Assembly (NCBI RefSeq): GCF_006345805.1
Contig: NC_042999.1
Coordinates: 12,524,001-12,588,000, forward strand
Origin: Octopus sinensis
Taxonomy: Eukaryota
Length of the DNA: 64,000 nucleotides
Direction: 5' to 3'
Part shown: piece by piece, positions 1 through 10,699 of the stretch
How the letters are laid out: the number at the start of each line of letters is the position of its first letter
Position numbering within the stretch: the stretch's first letter is position 1
The notes under the pieces: generated by a model
Database searches by the model: none
What the model was told of the DNA's origin: nothing
Seen by the model: only the letters and a program-made list of their open reading frames with translations
Translations under genes and position numbers: made by a program

Positions 1-49
1 CTAGTGGCAGGAGAGCCTCTGAAAATATTTCCTAATAAAGTGAATTCCA

Positions 50-100
50 TCAATGCAAGCATGGAAAAGTGAAGGTTAAAGTGGTGATGATGATGATGAT
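50..100 (+). mobile_element. Decayed 3' tail of RTE-family LINE ending in (GAT)n
   Basis: catcaatgcaagcatggaaaagtgaaggttaaagtggtgatgatgatgatgatg resembles the catgctagcatggaaagcggacgttaaatgatgatgat tail of the RTE copies in this window. Confidence 0.5.
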
Positions 101-647
101 GAAAGGAGCATCTGAATAAGATTGGATAATAAATTAAGGAATAGGGAAAAATAATTACAGAAGCCAGATTCTTTTCTGTTAGAGATCTTAACAGTTTCAG
201 AGGGATGAAGCATGAAATGCATTTGTTGCCATGGATATCCAGCACTGAATTAATGATGCTTAGGTATAATGATTATCTGACTAATTTTAAGATCTAGAAT
301 GCTTGAGCTGGAATTACAAGGAAAATTAGTAATATTAGTGAATTATTGAAAATTATTGAACAGTCTGACTCCATGTAATGTGGGAAGAACATTGGAAATG
401 ATAGAGAACTAGAATATGCTCCCCATAGGATTTTACTAACTCTAATCCATATTCCTCTGAGATTAACTCCTTTGACTTTTTCTATTTTATTAGCCACAAT
501 TTAAAAGAGATGCACTTAACTAGACTGCCTCCTCTTGAGAACACCCTGGTTTTATGGATACAAACTTCTTGTTTTAAAGTATTCTAGATTAAAACCTTCC
601 CTTGAAATTTCAATTTGATTTATATTGCAAACACCAGTTTATTAATG

Positions 648-893
648 ACAAAGTTATTTTACCAAATTCTTCATTATTTTCAAAACTGATTAAAATAAAA
701 GCAGAATTTCACCAGAAGTATAGTAACAAAAGGGTTTAATAACGACAAAGATATTTTATAGAATTCTTCATTATTTCCACAATTAATTGAAACAAAAGCA
801 GCGTATTTCAACAAAAATATGGTAACAAAAGGAATAAATAACAAAGCTTACAAAATAATTTGTTATTTTCAAAATTGATTAAAACAAAAGCAA
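648..893. repeat. Degenerate ~97-bp tandem repeat, about 2.5 units
   Basis: Units start with acaaag at 648, 745 and 841 and share ttcattatttt..aa..gatt.aaa.aaaagca and gtaacaaaagg. Confidence 0.6.
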
Positions 894-1584
894 TCTCATA
901 TGAAATGAGTTAAAGTTCTAAGATTGGATAATGTCATGCAAACTAAAAGACATCTATGATTACTACTGGCACTGGAAATGACCCAAATCTGAGCTAAAAC
1001 CATGTTGTTAGGCAGATAAGGTACAGTCTGCAGGTCTTGGGTTCAAGCTGTGTTGCTGCCACATTAGCTGACTTAATTTACCTTACTTCAAACATAGATA
1101 TTAATCTCACTTTCAATAAAGTGGTTGGTGTGAGGAGGAGGAGGAGGTAGCCAAACTCAAAACAGATGACTTTAATCAAACCCCTCCATAAAACAGAAAC
1201 ACCAAGATGAAGTTGTTCTTTAAACTGCAAGTCAAAAACCAGTTTTTTAATACTATCAAAATGAGATGAAGGGAATGAGCAGTGCTTATCAGTTCCACTG
1301 ACATGGAAATCAAATTTTCAGCATGGACTACATACAACACTAAATTCTTGGTTTGTGTTAAAAACCTCATAAAAATAAATTTTCGCTCAGCTTTTTATTT
1401 GACATTCCTTTTTGTCAGATTAAATTTTTTTACATCCATCATCTCTATGCAATAATAAAAACAAATATGTCACAAAATATGATAAAATAAATGCAAAGTT
1501 TACCATTTTTTAAATTCATTCTTTCTGATTGATTTATACATGCAAGTTATTAGAAAATTCCTCCTTCTCTGCATCCTCATTATC

Positions 1585-1780
1585 AAAATTTAATGTCCAC
1601 CTTCCATACTGGCAAAAAATGGATAGTTTGACAAGATCCTACAAGCTGCAGGACTGCATCAAGTTCCAATGTTTGTTTTGTTATGGTTTCTACAGCTGAA
1701 TACCAATCCTACTGCCAACCACTTTACAGAGTGGGCTCGATACTGGCATCAGTAAGGACACCAAATAACTTGCAAGACAA
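1585..1780 (-). mobile_element. Old, diverged RTE-type 3' end
   Basis: tttaatgtccaccttccatactggc...ggatagtttgac...tttctacagctgaatacc is a diverged version of the RTE tail; similar old copies lie near 25130-25330 and 59700-59900. Confidence 0.45.
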
Positions 1781-2306
1781 AGAAAGAGAAGAGCCCTGCT
1801 CCTGAAACTAAGTGGGGTTGTAGTAGAGAGGGAGGTGTCTTTATGCTACATGTGAAAAGGCCAGAGCATGAAATAGGGACTGGCAGAGGTGTCTTGCAAT
1901 AAAAGAAATACATGTCTAACTCACATTATAATAGGAGTGGGTGAAAGTAGCTTTAAAAAAAAAAGGATAAAGATGATGGTGACAAGATGTCAAAGCATAC
2001 TCTCAAGGTTTCAAGAGAAGATGAGTATAAGAAAACACAAACTGAGGATGGAGTGATGCAGGTGGATAAGTGCCTGAAAATGCGAGAGGAGAATGACAGG
2101 TGGTTACACATGGTAGAAGTTAATGATGTACAAGGATAGGTGTGTGTGTGTGTTTGTATATGTATGTATGTGTGTGTACCTCTGCTTCCTCATATGCATA
2201 AACACACTCAAACACACACACACACAAACACTCATACATATACAACAGTACAAGCATGCACACACAAAAACACATGAATGTGCAGAATTCATACATACAT
2301 ACATAG

Positions 2307-2651
2307 TGGAGATGCAATGGCCCAATGGTTAGGGCAGCGGACTTGTGGTCATAGGATCGTGGTTTTGCTTCCCAGACCGAGCATTGAACGAAAACACCTA
2401 AAGCTCCACGAGACTCCAGCAGGAGGTGGTTTTGTCTCCTGCTCTACTCTTTCACCACAACTTCACGCTTTCTTCCTGTTTCTGTTGTACTTGTATTTCA
2501 AAGGACCAGCCTTGTCACACTCTGTGTCATGCTGAATCTCTCCAAGAACTATGTCCGTGGAGTGCTCAGCCACTTGCACGTTAATTTTATGAGCAGGTTT
2601 TTCCGTTGATCAGATCAACTGGAACCCTTGTCATCGTAACTGATGGAGTGC
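2307..2651 (+). mobile_element. tRNA-derived SINE
   Basis: A-box-like tggcccaatggtt and B-box-like ggttttgcttccc head; the 5' ~180 bp is homologous to the SINE at 49781-50090. Confidence 0.8.
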
Positions 2652-2989
2652 ACACACAAGCACGCATACACACTAGCATGCAATGAGTCTCAAACAGACA
2701 AATGCGGCCTCTAAAATGTATCAAGTCGATAGTCATTGAAAAGGTTGTAAGCAGCAATGAAAGAGCTTTGGCAAACAAAAACGAAACAAATTATTTAGTA
2801 GGATATTTAACCAATCGACTAATAATAAAGAAAATGAGTGGAATTGAACCAGTGTGTGTGTTAATTATATTGGCATAATGACTCTCCCTAGACACAACAA
2901 AAATTTGTTTCAAAATACGAATTCAAATAAAGAATCTTGCAAAGCAGATACAAAAATGAAGTATACAAACATATATATATATATTCTGC

Positions 2990-3217
2990 AGATATTTTCC
3001 AGAGTTTCATTGCTTGTGGAAAACTTCCCAAACTGTTAAAAGAGAGTATCATGTGCCCTGTCTATAAAGGAAGAAGCAGAGCAGATGCTAAAAATTACAG
3101 ACCAATCTCTCTGACTTCACATGTTAGCACAGTCACAAGAACTATTGTCAGAAGGAGATTGGTCCCACAAGCACACAACATGGCTTCCACCCAGGAAGGA
3201 GCTGCCTTACACAGCTA
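2990..3217 (+). pseudogene. CR1-group LINE RT fragment, 5' part, interrupted by a mariner
   Basis: FQSFIACGKLPKLLKESIMCPVYKGRSRADAKNYRPISLTSHV...PGRSCLTQL aligns with the RT of the 34.6-37.1 kb element. Confidence 0.85.
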
Positions 3218-3294
3218 TTAGGCTGTTCAGAAAATAATGGCCGATTTTAAAAATAAGCCTTGATTCTTGAAAAACTGAACTTATACAAGGGTTT

Positions 3295-6200
3295 CATCAT
3301 CATCATCATCGTCGTTTAACGTCCGTTCTCCATGCTAGCATGGGTTGGACGGTTCGACCGGGGTTCTGGGAAGCCAGAAGGCTGCACCAGGCTCCAGTCT
3401 AATTTGGCAATGTTTCTACAGCTGGATGCCCTTCCTAACACCAACCACTCCGTGAGTGTAGTGGGTGCTTTTTACGTGCCACCTGCACAGGTGCCAGGCG
3501 GGGCTGGCAACGGCCACATTGGTGTATTTTATGTGCCACCGGCACGGAAGCCAGTCGAGGCGGTGCTGGCATCGGCCACGAGTCGGATAGTGCTTTTTAC
3601 GTACCACCAGACCAGGGATCCTGGCTGGTTCAATTCGATTTCGATTTCGCTTGCCCCAACATGTCTTCACAAGCAAAGGGGGTTGGCAAGGGTGCCTGTC
3701 GTACGGTCGCATTGGAGTATTTTACGTGCCACGGCCACGAGTCGGATAGTGCTTTTTACGTACCACCAGACCAGGGATCCTGGCTGGTTCAATTCGATTT
3801 CGATTTCGCTTGCCCCAACATGTCTTCACAAGCAAAGGGGGTTGGCATGGGTGCCTGTCGTACGGTCGCATTGGAGTATTTTACGTTCCACGGCCACGAG
3901 TCGGATAGTGCTTTTTACGTACCACCAGGCCAGGGATCCTGGCTGGTTCAATTCGGTTTCGATTTCGATTTCGATTTCGCTTGCCCCAACATGTCTTCGC
4001 AAGCATGGGGGGTTGGCATGGGTGTCTGTCGTCGGATGAGGTTCTATATCGACTTCGCTTGCCTCAACCGGTCTTTGTGTCCAAGGGAGGAAAGGCATTC
4101 ATAAGTGGGCTGGGCTCACTTGTCCTGCCTGGTCTTCTCACGTACAGAATATTTCCAAAGGTCTCGGTCTCTGGTCATTTCCTCAGTGAGGCCTAAAGTT
4201 CGAAGGTCGTGCTTCACCACCTCGTCCCAGGTTTTCCAGGGTCTACCTCTTCCACGGGTTCCCTCAACTGCTAGGGATTGGCACTTTCTCACACACCTAT
4301 CTTCATCCATTCTCGCCACATGACCATACCAGCGCAATCGTCTCTCTTGCACACCACAACTGATGCTTCTTAGGTACAACATTTCTCTCAAGGTGCTAAC
4401 GCTCTGTCGAGTATGTACACTGACATTACACATCCATGGGAGCATACTGGCTTCATTCCTCACGAGCTTACGCATGTCCTCAGCAGTCACGGCCCATGTT
4501 TCGCTGCCATGTAGCATGGCTGTTCGTACACACGCATCATACAGTCTGCCTTTTACTCTGAGCGAGAGGCCTTTAGTCACCAGCAGAGGTAAGAGCTCCC
4601 TAAACTTTGCCCAGGCTATTCTTATTCTAGCAGTTACACTTTCAGCGCACCCACCCCCACTACTGACTTGGTCACCTAGATAACGGAAGCTATCAACTAC
4701 TTCTAGTTTTTCCCCCTGGAAAGTGACGGAAGTTGTTTTCTGCAGATTTTCGGAGGTTAATGCTCCCGAGCATCTGCCACATACAAAAACTATCTTCCCA
4801 GTTAGCCTACCTTTGACATTGCTGCACCTCTTATGTGTCCATAGCTTACACTGGGTACATCTTATAGAGTTTCTACCTACACCTTTTCTACAGATCGAGC
4901 AGGGCCATCTTCCTGAAGATATTTGTTGATTGTCTACCTTTCTACTTATTAGTACTTTGGTTTTAGCTAGGTTGACTCTAAGGCCCCTTGATTCTAAACC
5001 CTCCTTCCACACCTGGAACTTCTCCTCCAGTTCTGATAGTGACTCAGCAATAAGAGCAAGGTCGTCAGCGTAGAGGAGCTTCCAGGGACAGCCTGTCTTG
5101 AATTCCTCCGTAATTGCCTGGAGTACTATGATAATAGGAGGGGGCTGAGTACTGAACCCTGGTGGACCCCAACCTCTACTTTGAATTCTTCTGTGTACAT
5201 GTTGCCAACCCTAACCTTACTTACGGCATCTCTGTACATGGCTTGCACAGTCCTCACCAGCCATTCATCTATCCCTAGTTTCCTCATTGACCACCAGATA
5301 AGGGATCGGGGGACCCTATCAAAAGCTTTCTCCATGTCAACGAAAGCCAGGTACAGGGGCTTATCTTTGGCTAGGTATTTCTCCTGCAGCTGCCTTACCA
5401 GGAATATAGCATCAGTGGTACTTTTCCCTGGCACGAACCCAAACTGCATCTCATCTAAACTAACTCTCTCTCTAATTAGTTGGGCTATGACCCTCTCCGT
5501 AACCTTCATTACTTGATCCAACAGCTTGATACCTCTGTAATTATTTGTATCTAGGGCATCACCTTTACCTTTGTAGCAGTTGACTAGTATGCTGCTGCAC
5601 CAGTCATTGGGTATGACTCCTTCGTGTATCACCTGGTTGACTATACGGGTGACTAGGTTATAGCCGACACTGCCAGATATTTTGAGCATCTCTGCAGTAA
5701 TTCCTGATGGGCCTGGGGCTTTCCCTGTCTTCATGCTTCTAATTGCCTTAGCTACCACGGAACTATCAACTCGGATAGCTGGTCCCTCTGTAGGGTCAAC
5801 ATTCGGCAGACTCTCTTTATCCCATTCATTTTCCTCATTCAGTAACCTTTCATAGTGGCGTCTCCAAGCTTCTCTCTTTGCATCCTCATTTAGCGCAAGT
5901 GAACCATCCTCCATGCGAACACATTTCTCTCCTACCACATCACGATTCTCTCTCACACACTGTCTTGCAACACGAAATACCTCAAGTCTTTCATCCTAAC
6001 GGCGCAGGACATTGGCAAATTTTCTCTTATCTGCTTCCCCTCTGGCTAGATAGACCTGTCTCCTAGCTTCCCTTCTGGCAGTCTGATACCCTTCCCTGCT
6101 ACCACCGTTCTTCCAGGCCTTCCAAGCCTGTTTCTTTTGTCTAATAGCCCTGTCAACAATATTGTTCCACCACCACGTTATTTTGGGTCTTAAGGGGACT

Positions 6201-7078
6201 TTGCACCAGCCACAGATCTGGTCAGCGGCTTTCAGCAGGTTGTCCCTCAGAAACGTCCAGTTGTCTTCTACCCCATGTGTAGCTATACCCCCTTCCACTT
6301 CGTCAAAGGCTTCAAGTAACATATCTCTAAATCTCTGTCCATTCGCAGGGGCTTTAAGCTTCCAGACCCTTCTTCTCCATGTTGGTCGTCTTCTAGTCGC
6401 CCTCTTAGTCCTGATCCTAAAGTCACTAACTACCAGTCTATGTTGTGGGGTGCATTCTTCGCCTGGGAAGGTTTTGGCATTTTTAAGCAGCCATCTTTCC
6501 CTTTTTCTGGCAAGGATGTAGTCGATTTGGCTAGTATGCCGGCCCGATCGGTAGGTGACCAGGTGGCTTGTTGGTTTCCTGAAGTTAGTGTTGCAGACCA
6601 TAAGACTATTCGCATCGCAGAACTCCAGCAGCCTGGTTCCCTCCTCGTTGCGGGAACCATAACCGTAGCCTCCATGTACGCCATGGAAGCCCCCAGCATG
6701 TCGTCCAACATGCCCATTGAAATCACCAGCCACAAAGAGAAGGTCCCTGTCGTTCGTCGATGAGGTGGTCTGCAGTAGGGTGTCATAGAAACTGTCTTTC
6801 TGTCCATCGGGTAGCCCTGGCTGAGGGGCATAGGCCGATATAATGGTTGCTAATCTATTATGAAGCACTATTCTAATCTTAAGTATTCTGTCACTTACTC
6901 TGATTACCTCAATTACTCTATCTATCCATTTCTCAGCGATAAGTATACCCACGCCACCAACCCCGTCAGTGTTCCCTGCCCAGAAAATCTTGTACCTGTG
7001 TTCCTTGCCTGTGAGGACCCTAGCAGATCCTCCTCTCCACCTTATTTCTTGCATACAACATACTCTTGCATACAACAT
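3295..7078 (-). mobile_element. RTE-clade LINE, near full ORF (APE endonuclease plus RT), disrupted
   Basis: ORFs 5996-7078 (EN; VAGDFNGHVG, SQIDYIL), 5126-5956 (RT; FVDMEKAFDRV, QGSVLSPLL), LYADD at about 5060-5075, ORF 4116-5012; premature TAG at 5996-5998; (CAT)n tail on the + strand at 3295. Confidence 0.95.
3574..4030. repeat. 159-bp tandem repeat, about 3 units, in RTE 3'UTR
   Basis: ggccacgagtcggatagtgc starts at 3574, 3733 and 3892. Confidence 0.9.
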
Positions 7079-7130
7079 AATTATTCAAAATACCATAATA
7101 CCATAATTATTATACCATAATTATTCATAA

Positions 7131-7657
7131 TTATTCAAAATACCATCCCTCAACAGCTAGGCATTTCTCCCATCAATTAACAAGGCCATTTATGCCTCTT
7201 CAGTAAAAATCGAAAGGTTTTGATGCCAAGAAATCCTTGAATTCAATTTTAACCTTGGTTTTGGAACAGAAGGGTTTTTGCCTTAAAAAGTGTCTAGATG
7301 CTTGAAAAAAATGGTAGTCAGTGGGTGAAAGAGCAAGAGAACATGGAAGATGTGGTAAAGTCTTGTAACCCAAGTCTGAGAATGTATTTCTTCCAGTTGC
7401 TTACAGTAAACTTCTGATGTAATGCTTTGGTTAAGTTCCAGAAAAGCTGTATTGTTTTCAAACAGTGATTATCAAAGGTAGATGGACAAGGCTCTCATCC
7501 TCATTATGGAATCTCTTGAACCACCATTTTACTGGCTGATCACTAGTGGACCCTTCATCCCATGCCATGCTCTGTTGACATTGCCAGCTGTTTGGGAAGC
7601 ATTATGTCCTAATTTGAATTTATGCAAAAATAGCAAACACATTTTATCATTTTTCAT
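7131..7657 (-). pseudogene. Internally deleted mariner transposase
   Basis: N-terminus MKNDKMCLLFLHKFKLGHNASQTAGNVNRAW...WWFKRFHNEDESL and C-terminus KIEFKDFLASKPFDFY*RGINGLVN*WEKCLAVEGWYFE* match Hsmar1-type ends; stops and frameshifts; central catalytic region missing. Confidence 0.8.
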
Positions 7658-7728
7658 GTTTGAAATTAAGGATTTCTGCACTTCAAAATAAATCAATAAA
7701 AATTTATTAAAGAGTACATATCAATTAT

Positions 7729-7927
7729 CCTTTTCTACTCTAGGAACACGGCCCAAAATTTCTGGTGAGGGGGCCAGTCAATTACATCAACCCCAGTATG
7801 CAACTGGTACAAAAGGATGAAAGGCAAAGCCGACCTCAGCAGACTTAGAACTCAAAACATAAAGACAGATGGAATACCACTAAGCATTTTGCCTGGTGTG
7901 CTAACATTTCTGCCATCTCACCACCTT
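7729..7927 (+). mobile_element. SINE with Nin-like central domain and 15-bp TSD
   Basis: aaaggatgaaaggcaaagccgacctc..gaactca core; TSD gtacatatcaattat at 7714-7728 and 7928-7942. Confidence 0.85.
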
Positions 7928-8028
7928 GTACATATCAATTATTAAGCATGAAAAATTTTTATCTAAAACACTACAAAATTAACAAATTAAATTGAGTTTG
8001 AAAAAAATGTTTTCCAAACAACCTAATA

Positions 8029-9000
8029 CTACAAAATTACAACTGGGTACTGAGACAGCAGCTCAACCACTCAGAAGTGGATGTGATATATGTCGACTTT
8101 GCCAATGCTTTGATGAAGTTGATATGTTACAAAGTACGTGACCTTGAAGTGGATGCATGACTTTTTAAAAGACAGAAGTCAGATATTTGCAGCCAATGGT
8201 GCTCTCTCTGGGGAGACATCAATTCAAAGTAGAATTCCTCAGGGAACTGTATTGGAACCACTACCATTTGTAGTGGCTCACTCAGACATGCCCTCAGTTG
8301 TACAGTCAACCACTCTCACCAGCTACATTGATGATACAAAGACATCTCAGGTAATCAAGGACTCTGATGATAGTAAAACTGCAAAACAACCTGCATACAA
8401 TATACAAATGGGCTGATGAAAATAATATGCAGTTCAATGACAATAAGTTTCAAGCACTCCACTATTGGCCCACAAAGAGATTACAATTGGAATACATTCA
8501 GAACTAAAGATACCTTGCTACTCCTATGGAGGACTTTTGTTCTCAGTCATCTGGATTAATGCTCCCAACTGTGGTTGCCACAGAGCATCAAATTGGTGGT
8601 GTAACTTGAGGCAATCCAGCACTACTACACAAAGAAGATTGACTTGGTGAAACACGAGCTATTGGGAGAGGCTACAAGAACTGGAGAGAAGGTGTAAAAA
8701 ACATGCAGTAATATACATATGGAAGATGCTGGAAGGTCTAACTCTGGAATTAAAAGCTATACCAACCACCGAACTGGATGGCACCATCACCTTCATCGCA
8801 GATAAGGAGCCAGTATTGCAACAGCTTAGGTTTCAGGGACCACAACTGTTTAACATCCTACCAAGGAACCAAAGAAATCTGCAAGATGTGGAACTATTCT
8901 AAAAGCACTTGGACAAATTTCTGTCTGAAATCCCAGATGAACCTACATTGTGGCAGGAGGCACTAAGAAGAGCAGCTTTGTCCAATTTGATTCTTTGTCA
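8029..9000 (+). pseudogene. CR1-group LINE RT fragment, 3' continuation of 2990-3217
   Basis: LQNYNWVLRQQLNHSEVDVIYVDF...PQGTVLEPL...SYIDDTK; frame is continuous with 2990-3217 once the mariner and one TA are removed. Confidence 0.85.
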
Positions 9001-9103
9001 AAAACAGTATAGAAGGGAAACCCCAAAACACTGAAAGGTGGTGCTCTGGCTTGGCCCCAGCCTCTGGCAGAAACTAAAAACAGTAAAAGAATATATACAT
9101 CAT

Positions 9104-9596
9104 CATCATCATCATCATTTAGCATCTGCTTTCCATGCTGGCATGGGTTAGATGGTTTGACTGAAACTGGTAAGCCAGAGAACTGCACTGAGTTCCCGTC
9201 AGATTTGGCATGGTTTCTACGGCTGGATTCCCTTCCTAACACCAACTACTCCAAGAGTGTAATGAGTGCTCTTTATGTGCCACTGACACAGGTGTTTTTA
9301 TGTGCCACCAGCATCAACCACAGCAATGATTTCACTTGGCTTGATGAATCTTCTCAAGCACAGCATATCACAAAAGGTCTGTCACTTGTCATCACCTCCG
9401 TGAGGTCCAATGTTTGAGGATCATGCTCCACCACCTGATCCCATGTCTTCCTGGGTCTACCTCTTCCACAAGTTCCCTCCATAATTAAAGATCAGTATTT
9501 CTTTACACAGCTGTCCTCATCCATACACATTGCATGGCTATACTAGCACAGTCATCTCTCTTGCACACCACATCTGATGGCTCTTATGCCCAACTT
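9104..9596 (-). mobile_element. 5'-truncated RTE LINE
   Basis: (CAT)n tail, 3'UTR and the ORF end (ccacctgatcccatgtcttcc...ctacctcttccac) homologous to the RTE copies. Confidence 0.8.
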
Positions 9597-10513
9597 ATCA
9601 GTTTGTAACATATCAACTTCATCAATCTTAACTTTTTCCCAAGGGCGACCCCACAGCAATATCATATCTTCTCCACTATTTCAGTATTTCATGTTAAAAG
9701 TGAAACAAAAACATCTTTCTTTTGTAATGCAGACACTTTCACTTTAATACTGAAACTATTAAAGTGAAAGTATTATATAACAGGGATGAACCATTAACAA
9801 GTGGTCATCCATTTTGCTAGAAGATCCGCTATGGTCTTATATGCTACACCACTGGTTTTCAATTCATATTAATCAAATTAATATTCAATTTTTCACCCTT
9901 ATTATGTGTGTGTGTATTAGCAATTCGTATAAAATTGCATCAATGACTTGAACTTGAACAAGTGGTTTCACATAAATGGGGATAAATTAAAAAGGTTTGT
10001 TGTTATTATTATTACTGTTTGATTATTGTAATCACGTTTGTTGGTTCCTCATCATAGAAACGTTGTTCTGTTGCATTTGTTAAATAATTGTAAACTGTAA
10101 CCCTCCCCCTTTCGGAGAAGGGGCTTTGGTTATTGTTTAAAAATTGAATTTTGTCCCTGTTTGGGGAAATTGATAATATTTTCACTGTCTTTACGGAAGC
10201 ATTTTTGTTAGAATGCCTTTGATAGAAGAAAGTCCAAAAATGAATTTTGCTGCAGCCATACACTTCTATACAAGAGGGAGGACAAGATCCAATTGATCGA
10301 AATTGCAAGAGACGGGCCTACAATTCCAGTCTGTTACGTATTTTGAGTATTGTTATCACTAGCAATATCAAGATATAACTTTGTATTTTGTATTTTATGT
10401 GTAGATGTATATATATAGATGTACATGTAATATGTATACATATATATATACACATATATACATGCATAATATATCAACCCATACACACATACGCACACAC
10501 ACACATACATAGG

Positions 10514-10640
10514 GGCAGGTGTGGCTGTGTGGTAACAAACTACGTTCCAAACACATGGTCCTGGGTTCAATCCCACTGTGTGGTGACTTGGCATGTGTCT
10601 TCTGCTGTAGCCTCAGACCAACAAAAGCCTTCTCAGTGGA
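10514..10640 (+). mobile_element. tRNA-derived SINE, second family, partial
   Basis: gtggctgtgtggtaa...gggttcaatccc head followed by gtgtcttctgctgtagcctcagaccaacaaaagcc; related copies near 28411-28560 (+), 42440-42575 (+) and 58955-59115 (-). Confidence 0.65.
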
Positions 10641-10699
10641 TTTTGTACATATATACAGGTATACATACATATATATACATGCATACGTACATATTCGGC

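Larger units (their letters stand above)
3218..8026 (-). mobile_element. Decayed mariner DNA transposon (Hsmar1/cecropia-like), inflated by nested insertions
   Basis: Imperfect TIRs TTAGGCTGTTCAGAAAA (3218) and TTTTCCAAACAACCTAA (ends 8026); TA duplication at 3216-3217 and 8027-8028; transposase remnants inside. Confidence 0.85.

Noticed and set aside
2307-2380. Functional tRNA genes (also 50020-50090 and 10514-10580)
   Set aside because: A/B boxes are present but there is no complete cloverleaf, and each runs into a SINE body
9620-9700. Candidate further exon of the DUF21 gene
   Set aside because: No DUF21/CBS motif and no convincing donor; other unique stretches in 1-19500 also gave no match
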